Source of the DNA: an uncultured virus (IMG/VR IMGVR_UViG_3300042368_001196)
Lineage: Duplodnaviria > Heunggongvirae > Uroviricota > Caudoviricetes
IMG/VR virus record: IMGVR_UViG_3300042368_001196
Length of the DNA stretch: 64,000 bases
Direction: 5' to 3' (one strand)
Shown: positions 18,201 to 27,918 of the stretch, piece after piece
Layout of the letters: each line of letters opens with the position of its first letter
How positions within the stretch are numbered: the stretch's first letter is position 1
Notes under the pieces: generated by a model
Database searches by the model: none
Seen by the model: only the letters and a program-made list of their open reading frames with translations
What the model was told of the DNA's origin: nothing
Program-made: the position numbers and the translations under genes

Positions 18201-21200
18201 CCGAAAGATTTTTCAGTGAACGAAGGTTTCGCATATTCGGGATCTGAAGGACAATCACAGCGCGATATCGCTGAGAAACTCCGGGGCAGCTTACTCACGC
18301 AAGAGCAAGCAACAAAGCTCCTCTCAAACTTAGATCAATTCGGAAGACGGTCTGACTCAAGAAAAACAAGACCGCGCAAATCTGGATTGTTGATCTTCAA
18401 TGACATTTACAAAAGTGCGCCCGAGCGTATCGCCCGAAGCGAAGCTGCTGTGCGTGGTCGCGAGGAACGCCAGACTCCCCCGGAGGAACAACTCAAGGAA
18501 TGGGAGTTGGTGCAAGCTGGGCTCAATCCGGTCGAATATACTTTCTACGAAGACGCTTTGGCTCGTGTTACGGACTTCATCACCCGCTCGAATCTTCCGG
18601 AGAACGTGAAGGATGAAGCGCGGTTTGAGGCGCAGAACAGCGTGGTCAAAGCCTTCGCCAACCGGAAGAAACGACGCGGGAAACAACCTGCCGGCGATAC
18701 TGCCGATCTCTCCAAGCTCTATCTGGAATCCTTGGCTGGGCTGCGTCAGACAAGGCTTGAGAATGCTCGTCAGCGGGCGACTCGCTTGATCGGTAACATC
18801 GAACGCAACCCCGAGCGGATGTCCGATGTGGAGATTGCCCGCGCCGATGACGCTGATCCGCTGCGCGGCCCCGTGCTCGGTAGTGTGGCTGGCCCGCGTG
18901 CAGCCGAGATCGAGGAGCGTGCGATCAACGAAGCTGAGAAAGGTAACGCGGTTGATCTGGATCGTGCAGTGCAGACAACGCTCAAGCGTCTGGCCGAGTT
19001 GCGCCCAGATCGCACAACCAAACAAGTGTTCAATGACCGCGCTGCGGTTCGGGCGATTGCCGAGACCTACAAGAATCTCGGTAAGTTCAATCCGATCTAC
19101 ACGGCAATGGGCGCGGTGAAGACGGCTGACCGTTCGATCCGCCGCCGCGAGATGAACCAACAGACCGAGCTTATCACCGACCGCGAGGCACGGGAGAGGG
19201 CGGGACGCCAAGGGGCTCAAGAGCCCGCAACGACCCAAGAGTTCGCCGAGGGTGAACTGGCCCGTGCCGAGCAAGCCGAGACGGTGCAAGCCGCCGACCG
19301 CGCCGTGCTGCCGGAACAGCCAGAGGTCGAGGTAAATGAGGATGCCGCAGTGGTATCCCAGCCGGACGAGCCCCTTTCAGAGGACTTTGAAGCGGCCAGA
19401 GAGCGATTCTACAACCTCTCTGACGGCGACCGGGATTTGATATTCCGGTTTGAAAGACAAATTTTAGATGAACGCGGAAGGCCCGTCCGCGGTCAAAAGA
19501 GTGACCTTACTCAGGCCCAGAAACGCAGGGCCAAACTAATCAGACGATATATCAAAGAAGGAGGTGCAGAACTTGAAAACCAAATCAATGAAGGAAAACC
19601 AAGAGCCGGTCGAGGATCGGCCGTTCCCGCCAATGCAAACATTTCTGGCGGCAGTGCAGTTGGACGAGAGCTATCCGGAGCTAATCGCTCGCTTGCCCGA
19701 GGAACAGCAGTTACGGCTACGCAAGGGCGACCCGAAAGTGTGGGCGGACCTGATCGCGGAGGAGCCGGAACTGCTACGGGAGCCAGTGTTCGCGGCGATG
19801 GAAGACCTAGCGTTCGAGCATCTCTTGCGCCGACAACCGTCCGGCAACTCAGCCGACGAGCCAAGCGAATCTTCATCCAGTCCTTCGGTCGCCTGACTGA
19901 TGCGGAGTCGGTTGCTCTGACCGACGCCGAGATCGACCGCGCTTACCAGTCGATCGTTACCCGCAGCAACCCCGCCGCTGTCAAAGCGGGGAAGGTTGTC
20001 TTCGTTGAAACGCCGAACTCGTTTGCCGACTTGGCCGGACTCTCGGCCTCCGAGCTTCTGGCCGGATCGAACGCTGCCCGCCGCTCGGCCGACGAGGTGC
20101 GTGCGGTGCGTGAGAATGTCGCCGAGTTGCTCCGCGCCCGTGCCTTTGCCGATGTCGGCACATTCCTTGAGACGGTGCAGCAGGGACGTTTCTCACAGGA
20201 CATGAAGCTGCGTGCCCGTGAGTTTGCCAAGCTGGCTCGCCGCGGTGTCGATCTCAACGGTGTGGGTGTGCAGATCGCCCGCTTCGGTGGCGACTCGTCA
20301 TGGTCGGGACTGTTCACCCGCGACGGCAGCAACGCCTACGATATCGCCCTCAACCTGGATACCCTTCACGACCGAGACAGCGCGGTGAACACGTTCTTAC
20401 ATGAGTTGAGCCACGTCACGACGAGCAAGAAAGTGCGCGGCGAGATCAAGCTCAACCGCGTCGAACAGGACGCGCTCAATCGCCTTGAAGCCCTGCGCCG
20501 TGAAGCCTTGGTCGCCGCAGCGCGTGACCTCCGCTTGGATGTCCCCACTACGTTGACTGACGCCGACTACACTCGGCTGGCCAAAGACCTCGATAACCGG
20601 GCACTGCCGCAGAACGATCCGGAGGGAGCAAACCGCGTCTATGCCGGACTGACCAACTTGGAAGAGTTCACGACCGAAGTTTCCAGCAGTCCTGAACTGG
20701 CCGACCTGATGGTGCGTCTCGGCTTCGGCCAAGCCAAGGGCCGTGTCTCGCTCCTCAATGCGGTGCGCGATGCGTGGAATGCCTTGGTCGAACTTATCGC
20801 CGGAATCAAAGCCGACCCCAATTCGCCTCTGGCCAAAGCCTTCAAGGACAGTTGGATTATTAATTTCTCCAATGCCGGCGGTGACGTGAATTTGGGCGAA
20901 TACACCATGCCGGAGGTTCGTCGCTCGGCTATCAATCGCGAACGGGCACGGGTCGCCGATATCGAAGATTACATCAACCGTGAAGTCGAAGCCCGTAACC
21001 TGGAAGGCACCACCGAGCAGCGCCGTGCCATCGCCCAAGAAGTCACTGGCCCCGCCGACCAAAGCGCCGTCGCCTCCGCACGCCGCGTGCGCGATGCCGC
21101 CCGCAGTCTGACGGAGCCACAGTTCGTCCAATGGGCTCAAGACAATGGATTCAATTTTGTCGATCCCGCGTTGGTCTGGCGTAATAACAACGCAACACCG

Positions 21201-24200
21201 CAGCAAGCTGCACGCGACACGGTTCAGGTTGCAGAGAGCCGGGCAGTCAGTCCGCAAAGCCAAGCCGAGCAAACGTCATACAAAATCGCCAGAGACTTTC
21301 TCCGATTCGCTGAAGAACGATCTGCGCGTCAGGCGAGAAACCCCGACCCAGAATATAAAAGAGCTACGCTGGCTGGAAATGAAGACGCCCTCATCGAACA
21401 AACACTATTTCTAACAAGCGAAAGAGTGTTTGTGAGGGAGAACCCTGATGGAACCGCTGTCTATGATACAACACACCCGTTCTACCGACACTTTAGAACG
21501 CTCTCAACTAAGGCAGGACGGGAGCGTGTCAAAGCAAGATTGGCACAAGATGTCCGCGAGATTTTGCTCGGAGGACCTTTTAGTCCGGGGTTCGGATATG
21601 AATTCCCAAACTTTTACCGCGAGATCACAGGGCAAGAACCTCCGCCGCGCCCAGTGTCCGATATGCCGGCTGGAGGAACCACCGACCCCGTGTTGGTGCG
21701 CCCGGATGTAGCAGAGAGCCGAGCCCGAGGAAACATGACCCCTGAAGGTCGTGCAAAGTGGGACAATGCGGAGGCTTACGCAGAACGGCTGTCGCGCATG
21801 ACTCAAGAAGAACTCGATAATGTGGAGTTCGATGAAAATCCGTTTGGATATGAACTCTGGGAAGCGCGGAAGCTGATTTCAAAAATTCCAGCGAATAGTC
21901 CGAAGTTCAAAAAAGTGACCGACGACAACACCAACGTGCTTTGGAGAAACTGGGAATACGTCGCCAACGTCAACGGCGATCCTTACGGAGTCAACAGATA
22001 CGAAGATCCCGATGATGACGAGGAGATCGTATACGCATTTGGCCCAATCTACCCAGACGACCCACCCACCGAGACAACGTGGGGTAAAGGGTTTGAATCC
22101 GAGGTTGTCAAAGAAATGGTGGCCCACCAACAGGGCCGACAAGTTGCAGAGAGCCGAGCCCGCGGTCGTGTCTGGCGTCCGGTGACCCGCCGCACTCCGA
22201 CCGGCGGCACGATCACCCAAGGCGGCATGTTCGCCGTCGATGAGCTTCTCGATAAGAAAGCCGGTGACCTCTACCGCTCCAGCCGGATGGCGATCAAGGT
22301 CGATGTCGCGACCATCGAAGATCTCTCGCGCCTCTTGGAGCGTCAGATGAAGAAATTCTACAAGGGCCAGACACCGCCAGTTGAAACGATCAACACGGCT
22401 CTTGGTAACTTGGACAACCCGTTGACCCCGGAGCAGATCGCTGAGATCGAGCGGATGCGGTTGAACGGACAGACCAACCAAGCGGCCAAGAAACGCGACC
22501 AGTATATCCGCGACAACCGCCGTAACTTTAAGCAGAACAAGCAGACGCAAGCCCTGGCTCAGTTGCCAGAGGAACTGGCTGCGACGATCCGCGAGATGTC
22601 GTCGCACATCGAGTCGCTCTCACGTCGCCTACCCAATGAAGGACTGGTCAACGGCGACTTAGCGATCACGGTCGACGAGGCGCTCGGCACCTACCTCAAC
22701 CGCAGCTACGCCATCTTCGACGATCCGCAGTGGGCTGACCGCGTGCGTAAAGACCCGAAGGTCATGGACGCGGCCCGCAAATACATCAGCAACAGCTTGG
22801 TCAAAGCCAAGACAGAAGAGCTTATCGTCAATGCCGCCGAGGACGGGCGCACACTATCCCGTGAGGATGCTTCGGCGCTGGCCAATGACTCGGTGACCGA
22901 GGATGAAGTGGAGAACCTTCTCGAAGGCTACCTCGCCGTGGGACAAGAGGCCCCGACGATCGAGGTGCTCTCCGGCCGTATCCCAGGGCAGAAGAATCTC
23001 AGCATGTTCTACCAGCGCGGCAACATCGCGCCGGAAATCCAAGCCCTCTGGGGACGCTACGAAGATCCGAAGATCAACTACGCCAAGACCGTGATGAAGC
23101 TCTCCAGCGTCATCGCCAACGATAACTTCCTCAAGGAACTGCGTGATATCGGTATCGAAGAGGGCTGGCTCTGGAGCCGCGAGAACAATCCCGACGACAC
23201 CCGCCATCCTCCGGGCTACGTCCGGATCTCGACCGAGAAGAACCCTTCACTGACACCGCTCGGTGGCATGTATGCCCACCCGATGCTGGCCGAGGGTCTC
23301 TTCAAGATGTTCCCTGTCGGGGGAGCCGAAGAGCACTACTGGTGGCTGCGCTCGGCCATGAAGCTGACGGGCATCTCGATGGCGACCAAGACGGTCGGAT
23401 CGGTGGCGTCCCAGATCCGTAACTACTTGGGTAACTACTTGAACTTGGTGGCGACGGGTAACTTTGGTCTACGCGACCTCGCCAGTGGCGACTTCGCCCG
23501 TCGATTCCGAAACTCCAACGACACGGTGCTGGCTAATACGTTCGGGAAATACCGCAACATGAGTCGTGCCGAGTGGCGGACCAAGATCGACGACTACGTC
23601 CGCCGTGGTGTCGTCGGTGAGTCGATCACCACCGGACTTCTTGAAGATCTCCTCACGGCCAGCCGCCGCGCCGGAAGTCCCGACTTCGGAGATGTCGTCT
23701 GGAACAAAGTCGGGGAGCCGTTTAAGCGAGTCGCCGATTTCGCCGTCCGCACTTACTCCTCCGGTGACGACTGGTTCAAAGTGATGATCTACGAGGCCGA
23801 GCAGGACAAATACCGCCAAGCCTATCCCGATTGGGATGACAACAAGGTCAAAGAGAAAGCCGCGGAGATTGCCCGTGACATCCACTGGACCTACTCGCTG
23901 GCCCCGGCCATCGTGCAGGATCTCAAGAAGTTCCCCTTCATCGCACCGTTCGTGACGTTCACGAGCGAAGTTATCCGCACGACTTACAATCTGCAAAAGC
24001 TGGCCCGCCAAGAGATTATGGAAGGCCGCGCCACGGGTAACAAGGAACTCGAAGCGATCGGCTGGAAGCGCGTCCGCGGCATGACAACCGCCGCGTTTCT
24101 CCCTGCCGCCGTCGGCTCCGCCGCTATGGCAATGGCCGGCATCTCCGGCGAGGACGAGGAGGATCTGCGCCGATTCCTGCCTGACTGGCAAAAGAACAGC

Positions 24201-25073
24201 CAGCTTATCCTCTTCCGTAAAGAGAATGGCGAGATCGACTTTGTCGATATCAGCTTCCTCGATCCTTACGAATATTTCAAAAAGCCTCTGGTCGCTTTCA
24301 CCCGTTCGCTGCGCAATGCCGACAACGCCGACGAGATCTTGCTCAAGGGCACGATGGACATGGTGCGCCAAGCCCTTGATCCGTTCACCAGCGAGCAGAT
24401 CTTTGCCGGAGCAATCATGGACGTGATGCGGAACCGCGATGCGGCCGGACGCCAAGTCTACAATCCACAGGACACCGGAGCGAATATCGGTCTGAGCGTG
24501 GCCCGCAAGATCTTCTACGATCCTTTCATCCCCGGCACCGTGAACAGTGCCGAGCGGATTGGCAAAGCCGCCTTCGGAATCGAGAGCGAGACCGGACGCG
24601 CCTATAACCTCTTCAACGAAATCGCCAGCGTCACCCTTGGCCAGCGTGTGTCCTCGGTCGACGCGCAGCAGGCACTCCAGTTCAAGTCTTCCCGCTTCAT
24701 GCGCGAAATACGTGATGCCTCTGCCCTCTTCAACCGCGAGTTCACGAGCCAAGGCACCCGCTCGGCCAGCGACGTGGTCGATGGATACGAGCGTTCCAAC
24801 GCTGCCCGCCGCGGCTTGATCGACTCGATCCGCAGGGATTATCTCGCCGCGATTCGCCTCGGGGTGTCCGTGCAGCGGGCCAAAGCGATCCTCCGTGACG
24901 GAGGTCTCGGCGGCGACACCATCAAGATGGTGACCACCGGAATCTACAAACCCTACGACGCGAGCAAACAGAGCCTCGACTTGGTCCGCGCCCGCGGTAA
25001 GAACGACCGCGTCTCCGCTTACAACCAAGCCCGCCGCTCGGCCGCCCCCCGCGAAGTCCTCGCCGATCGATGA
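15219..25073 (+). CDS. Giant internal virion/polyvalent protein with a zincin metallopeptidase motif
   Basis: 3284 aa, no Cys seen; N-terminal Gly/Ala hydrophobic segments; FLHELSH...LEEF motif; C-terminus resembles the LPD38-type region of phage large proteins. Confidence 0.7.
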   Translation: MTSEQRRQESEAYWFRSPAARNVLEDFGAARDDEEETILTEEGQEPEPVTLTPETSVEDVVRNEPEPPPQEFTDVYEFFASQQGKDLTQERYEERGIEGYEVGELFPREQRGLGGEAGAGFARGVDQTQAMGFGLLGLMGEALGVEGLSDLGVDGYIRNMEEAAKNQASVQDPFEEIGGAGDAARYATGIIFEQLPQLALSLVGGGIGGYTARSLASKVVANEIGRRIKAGAAKEVAESDVAQMVAERMLRGAGTKIVESSTKSGALGGAYVANVGQIAGGSFGEIEQETGLRDPVNALGFALLGGALETGAEALLAAPIAGKLMRGTTAPMTGATERALGFNVGPVVGAAGRLAGTSAAEGGTEYGQTFTEQAAVASADPNRTLAEVAFTPEAERERQISAAAGVVAGGGIGAVSQAASYLIPETSRRVQEKLQQRQVEQAPAEPTLTGEWSQPIQVDDLRMQRSSTGLWAVVNPDREIVRGAPTIQDESGATLQILSPEADEEGRAAMLVARAEKALSDLSEGEMTTELPAQQEEVVEEDELGEPAELDEETEATRMRQSPLGAQALREQLAENEVVSAALAEPTENIVEQPAQPIKSAEESAQTIASELEREAELRRSEEGAEALRRQLAEEQEVSAALADNTQEPRETGTPTILKSAAESAEAIDAALSEEEQVRQGEVGAGVRKQARRQERVASRIMAPDVDVAGALQRVREGGVVGEQADILLSNFYEKRKKELETAQEDRRKASEAALARPPIEAENFIRGLNTGDRVGLIGGQDRTATVFVDGVKKTKKVIGGRNITPIVFVGRRKNGNAVFETFATSPVDGGQVGSRTRIELPPAQFARVTLAPPPEVTKTPLEQAFSDALGPNPTKQQAERVLGSPYTGTRGAQESTFNDGLGAEAFPIEVSWFNKKGEKGTIIPSIRGKFTNTPFNTVRQMNQGLEVVVPDDQLATLNKDIEVQAVSDKKGGRKNIVTGVNLWGRTYRRSLRSPKDFSVNEGFAYSGSEGQSQRDIAEKLRGSLLTQEQATKLLSNLDQFGRRSDSRKTRPRKSGLLIFNDIYKSAPERIARSEAAVRGREERQTPPEEQLKEWELVQAGLNPVEYTFYEDALARVTDFITRSNLPENVKDEARFEAQNSVVKAFANRKKRRGKQPAGDTADLSKLYLESLAGLRQTRLENARQRATRLIGNIERNPERMSDVEIARADDADPLRGPVLGSVAGPRAAEIEERAINEAEKGNAVDLDRAVQTTLKRLAELRPDRTTKQVFNDRAAVRAIAETYKNLGKFNPIYTAMGAVKTADRSIRRREMNQQTELITDREARERAGRQGAQEPATTQEFAEGELARAEQAETVQAADRAVLPEQPEVEVNEDAAVVSQPDEPLSEDFEAARERFYNLSDGDRDLIFRFERQILDERGRPVRGQKSDLTQAQKRRAKLIRRYIKEGGAELENQINEGKPRAGRGSAVPANANISGGSAVGRELSGANRSLARGTAVTATQGRPESVGGPDRGGAGTATGASVRGDGRPSVRASLAPTTVRQLSRRAKRIFIQSFGRLTDAESVALTDAEIDRAYQSIVTRSNPAAVKAGKVVFVETPNSFADLAGLSASELLAGSNAARRSADEVRAVRENVAELLRARAFADVGTFLETVQQGRFSQDMKLRAREFAKLARRGVDLNGVGVQIARFGGDSSWSGLFTRDGSNAYDIALNLDTLHDRDSAVNTFLHELSHVTTSKKVRGEIKLNRVEQDALNRLEALRREALVAAARDLRLDVPTTLTDADYTRLAKDLDNRALPQNDPEGANRVYAGLTNLEEFTTEVSSSPELADLMVRLGFGQAKGRVSLLNAVRDAWNALVELIAGIKADPNSPLAKAFKDSWIINFSNAGGDVNLGEYTMPEVRRSAINRERARVADIEDYINREVEARNLEGTTEQRRAIAQEVTGPADQSAVASARRVRDAARSLTEPQFVQWAQDNGFNFVDPALVWRNNNATPQQAARDTVQVAESRAVSPQSQAEQTSYKIARDFLRFAEERSARQARNPDPEYKRATLAGNEDALIEQTLFLTSERVFVRENPDGTAVYDTTHPFYRHFRTLSTKAGRERVKARLAQDVREILLGGPFSPGFGYEFPNFYREITGQEPPPRPVSDMPAGGTTDPVLVRPDVAESRARGNMTPEGRAKWDNAEAYAERLSRMTQEELDNVEFDENPFGYELWEARKLISKIPANSPKFKKVTDDNTNVLWRNWEYVANVNGDPYGVNRYEDPDDDEEIVYAFGPIYPDDPPTETTWGKGFESEVVKEMVAHQQGRQVAESRARGRVWRPVTRRTPTGGTITQGGMFAVDELLDKKAGDLYRSSRMAIKVDVATIEDLSRLLERQMKKFYKGQTPPVETINTALGNLDNPLTPEQIAEIERMRLNGQTNQAAKKRDQYIRDNRRNFKQNKQTQALAQLPEELAATIREMSSHIESLSRRLPNEGLVNGDLAITVDEALGTYLNRSYAIFDDPQWADRVRKDPKVMDAARKYISNSLVKAKTEELIVNAAEDGRTLSREDASALANDSVTEDEVENLLEGYLAVGQEAPTIEVLSGRIPGQKNLSMFYQRGNIAPEIQALWGRYEDPKINYAKTVMKLSSVIANDNFLKELRDIGIEEGWLWSRENNPDDTRHPPGYVRISTEKNPSLTPLGGMYAHPMLAEGLFKMFPVGGAEEHYWWLRSAMKLTGISMATKTVGSVASQIRNYLGNYLNLVATGNFGLRDLASGDFARRFRNSNDTVLANTFGKYRNMSRAEWRTKIDDYVRRGVVGESITTGLLEDLLTASRRAGSPDFGDVVWNKVGEPFKRVADFAVRTYSSGDDWFKVMIYEAEQDKYRQAYPDWDDNKVKEKAAEIARDIHWTYSLAPAIVQDLKKFPFIAPFVTFTSEVIRTTYNLQKLARQEIMEGRATGNKELEAIGWKRVRGMTTAAFLPAAVGSAAMAMAGISGEDEEDLRRFLPDWQKNSQLILFRKENGEIDFVDISFLDPYEYFKKPLVAFTRSLRNADNADEILLKGTMDMVRQALDPFTSEQIFAGAIMDVMRNRDAAGRQVYNPQDTGANIGLSVARKIFYDPFIPGTVNSAERIGKAAFGIESETGRAYNLFNEIASVTLGQRVSSVDAQQALQFKSSRFMREIRDASALFNREFTSQGTRSASDVVDGYERSNAARRGLIDSIRRDYLAAIRLGVSVQRAKAILRDGGLGGDTIKMVTTGIYKPYDASKQSLDLVRARGKNDRVSAYNQARRSAAPREVLADR

Positions 25074-25666
25074 TAGTAACCAATACCAGCGTGACCCCGC
25101 CCGGCGGTTGGCGTTACGTCCAACCGGAAACGGGCTTCGAGTTTGCCGCTTCGACCTTGCGGGAACTGGTCAAGAAGGTGACTTCCCATCGCGAGGCCAA
25201 TGGCATTGACGTGGGCGATCCCTCGGCCGACATCCAAGACTTTGTCTGTGCCCAGCTTCCGGTCGGCAGCGAGACTTGCAGTCACGTCATCGAGGGTGAC
25301 TACGCACTCAAGACCCACTTCACAATGGAGGACGTTAAGCGTTTCATCCAAGCCGCGGTCTCCGCGCTCGCGGGGAGGGGCCTCGTCGATCAGACCGAAG
25401 CCGAACGCCGGGCCGCGCTCTGCGCCTCATGTCCCCTGAACACAACGGTCAAAGGATGCTGGCGGTGCAAGGGTTTGGCTGAATGGCTCTTCAAGCTGAT
25501 CGGTGCACGGACCACGGCACATGCTTCACGGCTCAACCAATGCGGCGTCTGCGGTTGCGCGATCAAAGCGAAGATCTGGCTCCCGCTCGATGTGGCGAAG
25601 CGAGTCAGCGAAGGTTATACTTTTCCCTCCTGGTGCTGGCTCAATGACCAAAACGGTTCGGAATAA
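25070..25666 (+). CDS. Cys-rich putative metal-binding protein
   Basis: CASCPLN, CWRC, CGVCGC and WCW motifs; ATGA overlap with the upstream stop. Confidence 0.65.
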   Translation: MIVTNTSVTPPGGWRYVQPETGFEFAASTLRELVKKVTSHREANGIDVGDPSADIQDFVCAQLPVGSETCSHVIEGDYALKTHFTMEDVKRFIQAAVSALAGRGLVDQTEAERRAALCASCPLNTTVKGCWRCKGLAEWLFKLIGARTTAHASRLNQCGVCGCAIKAKIWLPLDVAKRVSEGYTFPSWCWLNDQNGSE

Positions 25667-25949
25667 TTATCGTAGACTCTTCCGCTGGCTCCTCCGGAAG
25701 CTCTTCCCCCTTCATCTTCGCGATCTCCCGCTGGAGAGCGCGATTGACTTGGTTGGACAGGGTGACCGAGGAATTGATCGCATTAAGAAGAAGCGACTGC
25801 TGGAAAAAGATCTGCTGTAGGAGGGCATCACCCTCGGACATGCCCTCGTTTTTGGTCTCTTCGATTTTCTTACCGAGGTAAGTCGCCACGGCTTTCAGGC
25901 TATGGCTATGGATGGGGGCGTCAGTTGGTTGTGTGTTTTCTTCGGTCAT
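25641..25949 (-). CDS. Hypothetical protein
   Basis: MTEENTQPTD..., coupled to the upstream stop. Confidence 0.6.
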   Translation of the reverse strand: MTEENTQPTDAPIHSHSLKAVATYLGKKIEETKNEGMSEGDALLQQIFFQQSLLLNAINSSVTLSNQVNRALQREIAKMKGEELPEEPAEESTIIIPNRFGH

Positions 25950-26473
25950 AAACTTTTCTCCAAGACAACGCCCCACGAGTAGTCGGCGAAGTCTTCTTCG
26001 GCCACAATGCGGGCGCGGATGTTGCCGGCCTTGAGCACTTTCTTTTTGAAAGTCTTGAGCGAGTAGTCCGCCTCTTTGTGTGCCTCGTTGATTGGTTGAC
26101 CCGTCGCCGCGCAGTGGGCCAAGAACCGCTGCTGGTCGGGGGCGAGGATGAGCAAGCGTCCCCCGGGCTTGAGCACGCGCAGCCATTCGAGCACGAGCGG
26201 GATCTGGTCGCTGTAGGTGAAGTCTTCGATTAGGTGTGAGTTGTAGAGCCAGTCGAGGATACCCGTCTTGAGCGGGATACTACGGGCATCGCCGCCGAGA
26301 TGTTGCACCGAAGTCCCGACCGAGGTGTAGGGCTGGGGCATGTCGAAGGTGATACAGTTCGGGGTCAACGCATCGCCGCCGAAACCGACATCGATCCCGT
26401 AGCCCTGGGTGTAGGGCAGGAACCAATCGCGGTGCTTGCTCGTCTCGCTGACGTGGTGTGGTGTGGCGTTCAT
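25946..26473 (-). CDS. Class I SAM-dependent methyltransferase (Methyltransf_11-like)
   Basis: GIDVGFGGD, GDARSIP, SHLIED, EWLRVLKPGGRLLI. Confidence 0.85.
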   Translation of the reverse strand: MNATPHHVSETSKHRDWFLPYTQGYGIDVGFGGDALTPNCITFDMPQPYTSVGTSVQHLGGDARSIPLKTGILDWLYNSHLIEDFTYSDQIPLVLEWLRVLKPGGRLLILAPDQQRFLAHCAATGQPINEAHKEADYSLKTFKKKVLKAGNIRARIVAEEDFADYSWGVVLEKSL

Positions 26474-26691
26474 TTCACCCAACCCTCCGGAACTTCCACG
26501 TCCCATCCCCGCCCATCCATCGGGTTGCCGTAAATCCTGATGTCGGGTGAGTAGTAGTGTTTGACCTCGCCGCCGTGCAGACGCACGACCCAGACCGAGT
26601 TGGTGTTGAGTCCATAATCCATCGTAAGCAGCGCGTCACCCTCGCCATGAGGCGTGTGCACAAGGAGCGGAGGTTTCCATTCATGGGTCAT
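26470..26691 (-). CDS. Hypothetical protein
   Basis: 73 aa, overlapping start/stop chain. Confidence 0.65.
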   Translation of the reverse strand: MTHEWKPPLLVHTPHGEGDALLTMDYGLNTNSVWVVRLHGGEVKHYYSPDIRIYGNPMDGRGWDVEVPEGWVK

Positions 26692-26940
26692 TTAATCCCA
26701 ATACCTCTGACTTCCGGTCAGCTTTCCACCCATCATGCGTTCGAGCACAGCCTCGGCATCCCACGCATAGACCCCACCCGCGTAGCACGTTTGGATCCCG
26801 AACAAGTCGCTGAACCTCTCACGGTCTAACCCTGCATCCTTGATCGCTGCATCCAACTCGGTCCACGGAACATGGTCCATCGGTTCACGCTTCACGTTGC
26901 AGCCGATCTGGTGGAGGCGCGGGTATTCGGTGCTCACCAT
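26692..26940 (-). CDS. Hypothetical protein
   Basis: 82 aa, abuts its neighbours. Confidence 0.6.
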   Translation of the reverse strand: MVSTEYPRLHQIGCNVKREPMDHVPWTELDAAIKDAGLDRERFSDLFGIQTCYAGGVYAWDAEAVLERMMGGKLTGSQRYWD

Positions 26941-27200
26941 AAATCTTTACAGGCCCAGTAGCCCGCGGTGGATTTGTCCTTCTTGGCCGCGCAGTTGTGG
27001 CGGCTGCGGAAGTTGGCCCGACGTTTCGGGTTCTTGTGCTTGGTGAAGTCCGACATCGAGGAGTCCCCGAAGTGGACGACCTTCGCGGTGCCAGCTTTTT
27101 TACCCGGCACGAAGACCGACTTCTTCTTCGCGGCTGGGGTGATCCCCGCCATCTTGCGGGGCTTATACAGCGTGACCTTCTTGCCTTTGTAGGTAGCCAT
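26934..27200 (-). CDS. Small basic protein of a widespread viral family (DUF5754-like)
   Basis: VHFGDSSMSDFTKHKNPKRRANFRSRHNC...AGYWAC; GGAGG RBS. Confidence 0.65.
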   Translation of the reverse strand: MATYKGKKVTLYKPRKMAGITPAAKKKSVFVPGKKAGTAKVVHFGDSSMSDFTKHKNPKRRANFRSRHNCAAKKDKSTAGYWACKDLW

Positions 27201-27202
27201 GA

Positions 27203-27340
27203 TTACCTCCGCTTCTTGGCCGAGAACCCGCCGCGCTTATTCTTCATCTTCGCGTAGGTCTTGGGGTCGACGGTGGACTTGGACTTCGGACGGGACGTGC
27301 CCGCCTTCCGACGTTTGTTGATGTTTTCGTATAGGCTCAT
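27203..27340 (-). CDS. Small basic hypothetical protein (45 aa)
   Basis: MSLYENINKRRKAGTSRPKSKST... Confidence 0.6.
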   Translation of the reverse strand: MSLYENINKRRKAGTSRPKSKSTVDPKTYAKMKNKRGGFSAKKRR

Positions 27341-27419
27341 AGGAAATACCGAAAGAAAATGACCGTGGCAAAAGCGGCCCATGCGACGAGCAGGGTCAGC
27401 GTGATGTCGCGGGGGTTCA

Positions 27420-27644
27420 TCATGCCAATAGCTCCTTGGTCTCCTGATCGTGGCGGTCGATGATCGACTGCACCATCGACTTGGCATCGCCGTAGTTGAA
27501 GAGGTCGATCAGACCGACGGCGACCCGGAGGTTGTCGACGATCGAGAGTTCGCGGTCGTAGCTTTGCACGAAGCGGTTCTTCCACGCCTGTGCGCCCTCG
27601 CTTTCCTCTTTACTCAGCTTTCTTCTTGTTCGCTTTTTTAACAT
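27420..27644 (-). CDS. Hypothetical protein
   Basis: MLKKRTRRK...; fits the operon chain. Confidence 0.5.
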   Translation of the reverse strand: MLKKRTRRKLSKEESEGAQAWKNRFVQSYDRELSIVDNLRVAVGLIDLFNYGDAKSMVQSIIDRHDQETKELLA

Positions 27645-27918
27645 AGATCTTCTTGGTGTTGACGGGTTGTCCGAAGATGGCGGAGAGCGCCTTCTCGGCA
27701 TCCTCCAAGACAGCTTGGAAGGCTTCCTCCTTGGCCGCTTCCTCGTTCCCATTGGTGATCTCCTGCTGCCTATCGGCCATATCGAAAGCGCCGGCCTCAT
27801 AGGCGGCGTTCCAAGTCAGGTCGAAGAAGCGGCGAAGCGACTCCGGCGTAAGGCAGGGGTCGGTGCACAACCGAGGATTTTGCTGGAGAAAGATCCCCCA
27901 GAGCTTTTCTTTATTCAT
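27610..27918 (-). CDS. Hypothetical protein
   Basis: MNKEKLWGIF...; GGAGG RBS. Confidence 0.6.
   Translation of the reverse strand: MNKEKLWGIFLQQNPRLCTDPCLTPESLRRFFDLTWNAAYEAGAFDMADRQQEITNGNEEAAKEEAFQAVLEDAEKALSAIFGQPVNTKKIYVKKANKKKAE

Noticed and set aside
15219..25073. Giant protein as an N4- or crAss-like virion RNA polymerase
   Set aside because: Size and lack of Cys fit, but I found no T7-like motif set and no DxDGD/DFDxD catalytic motif; a fold search is needed to exclude it fully
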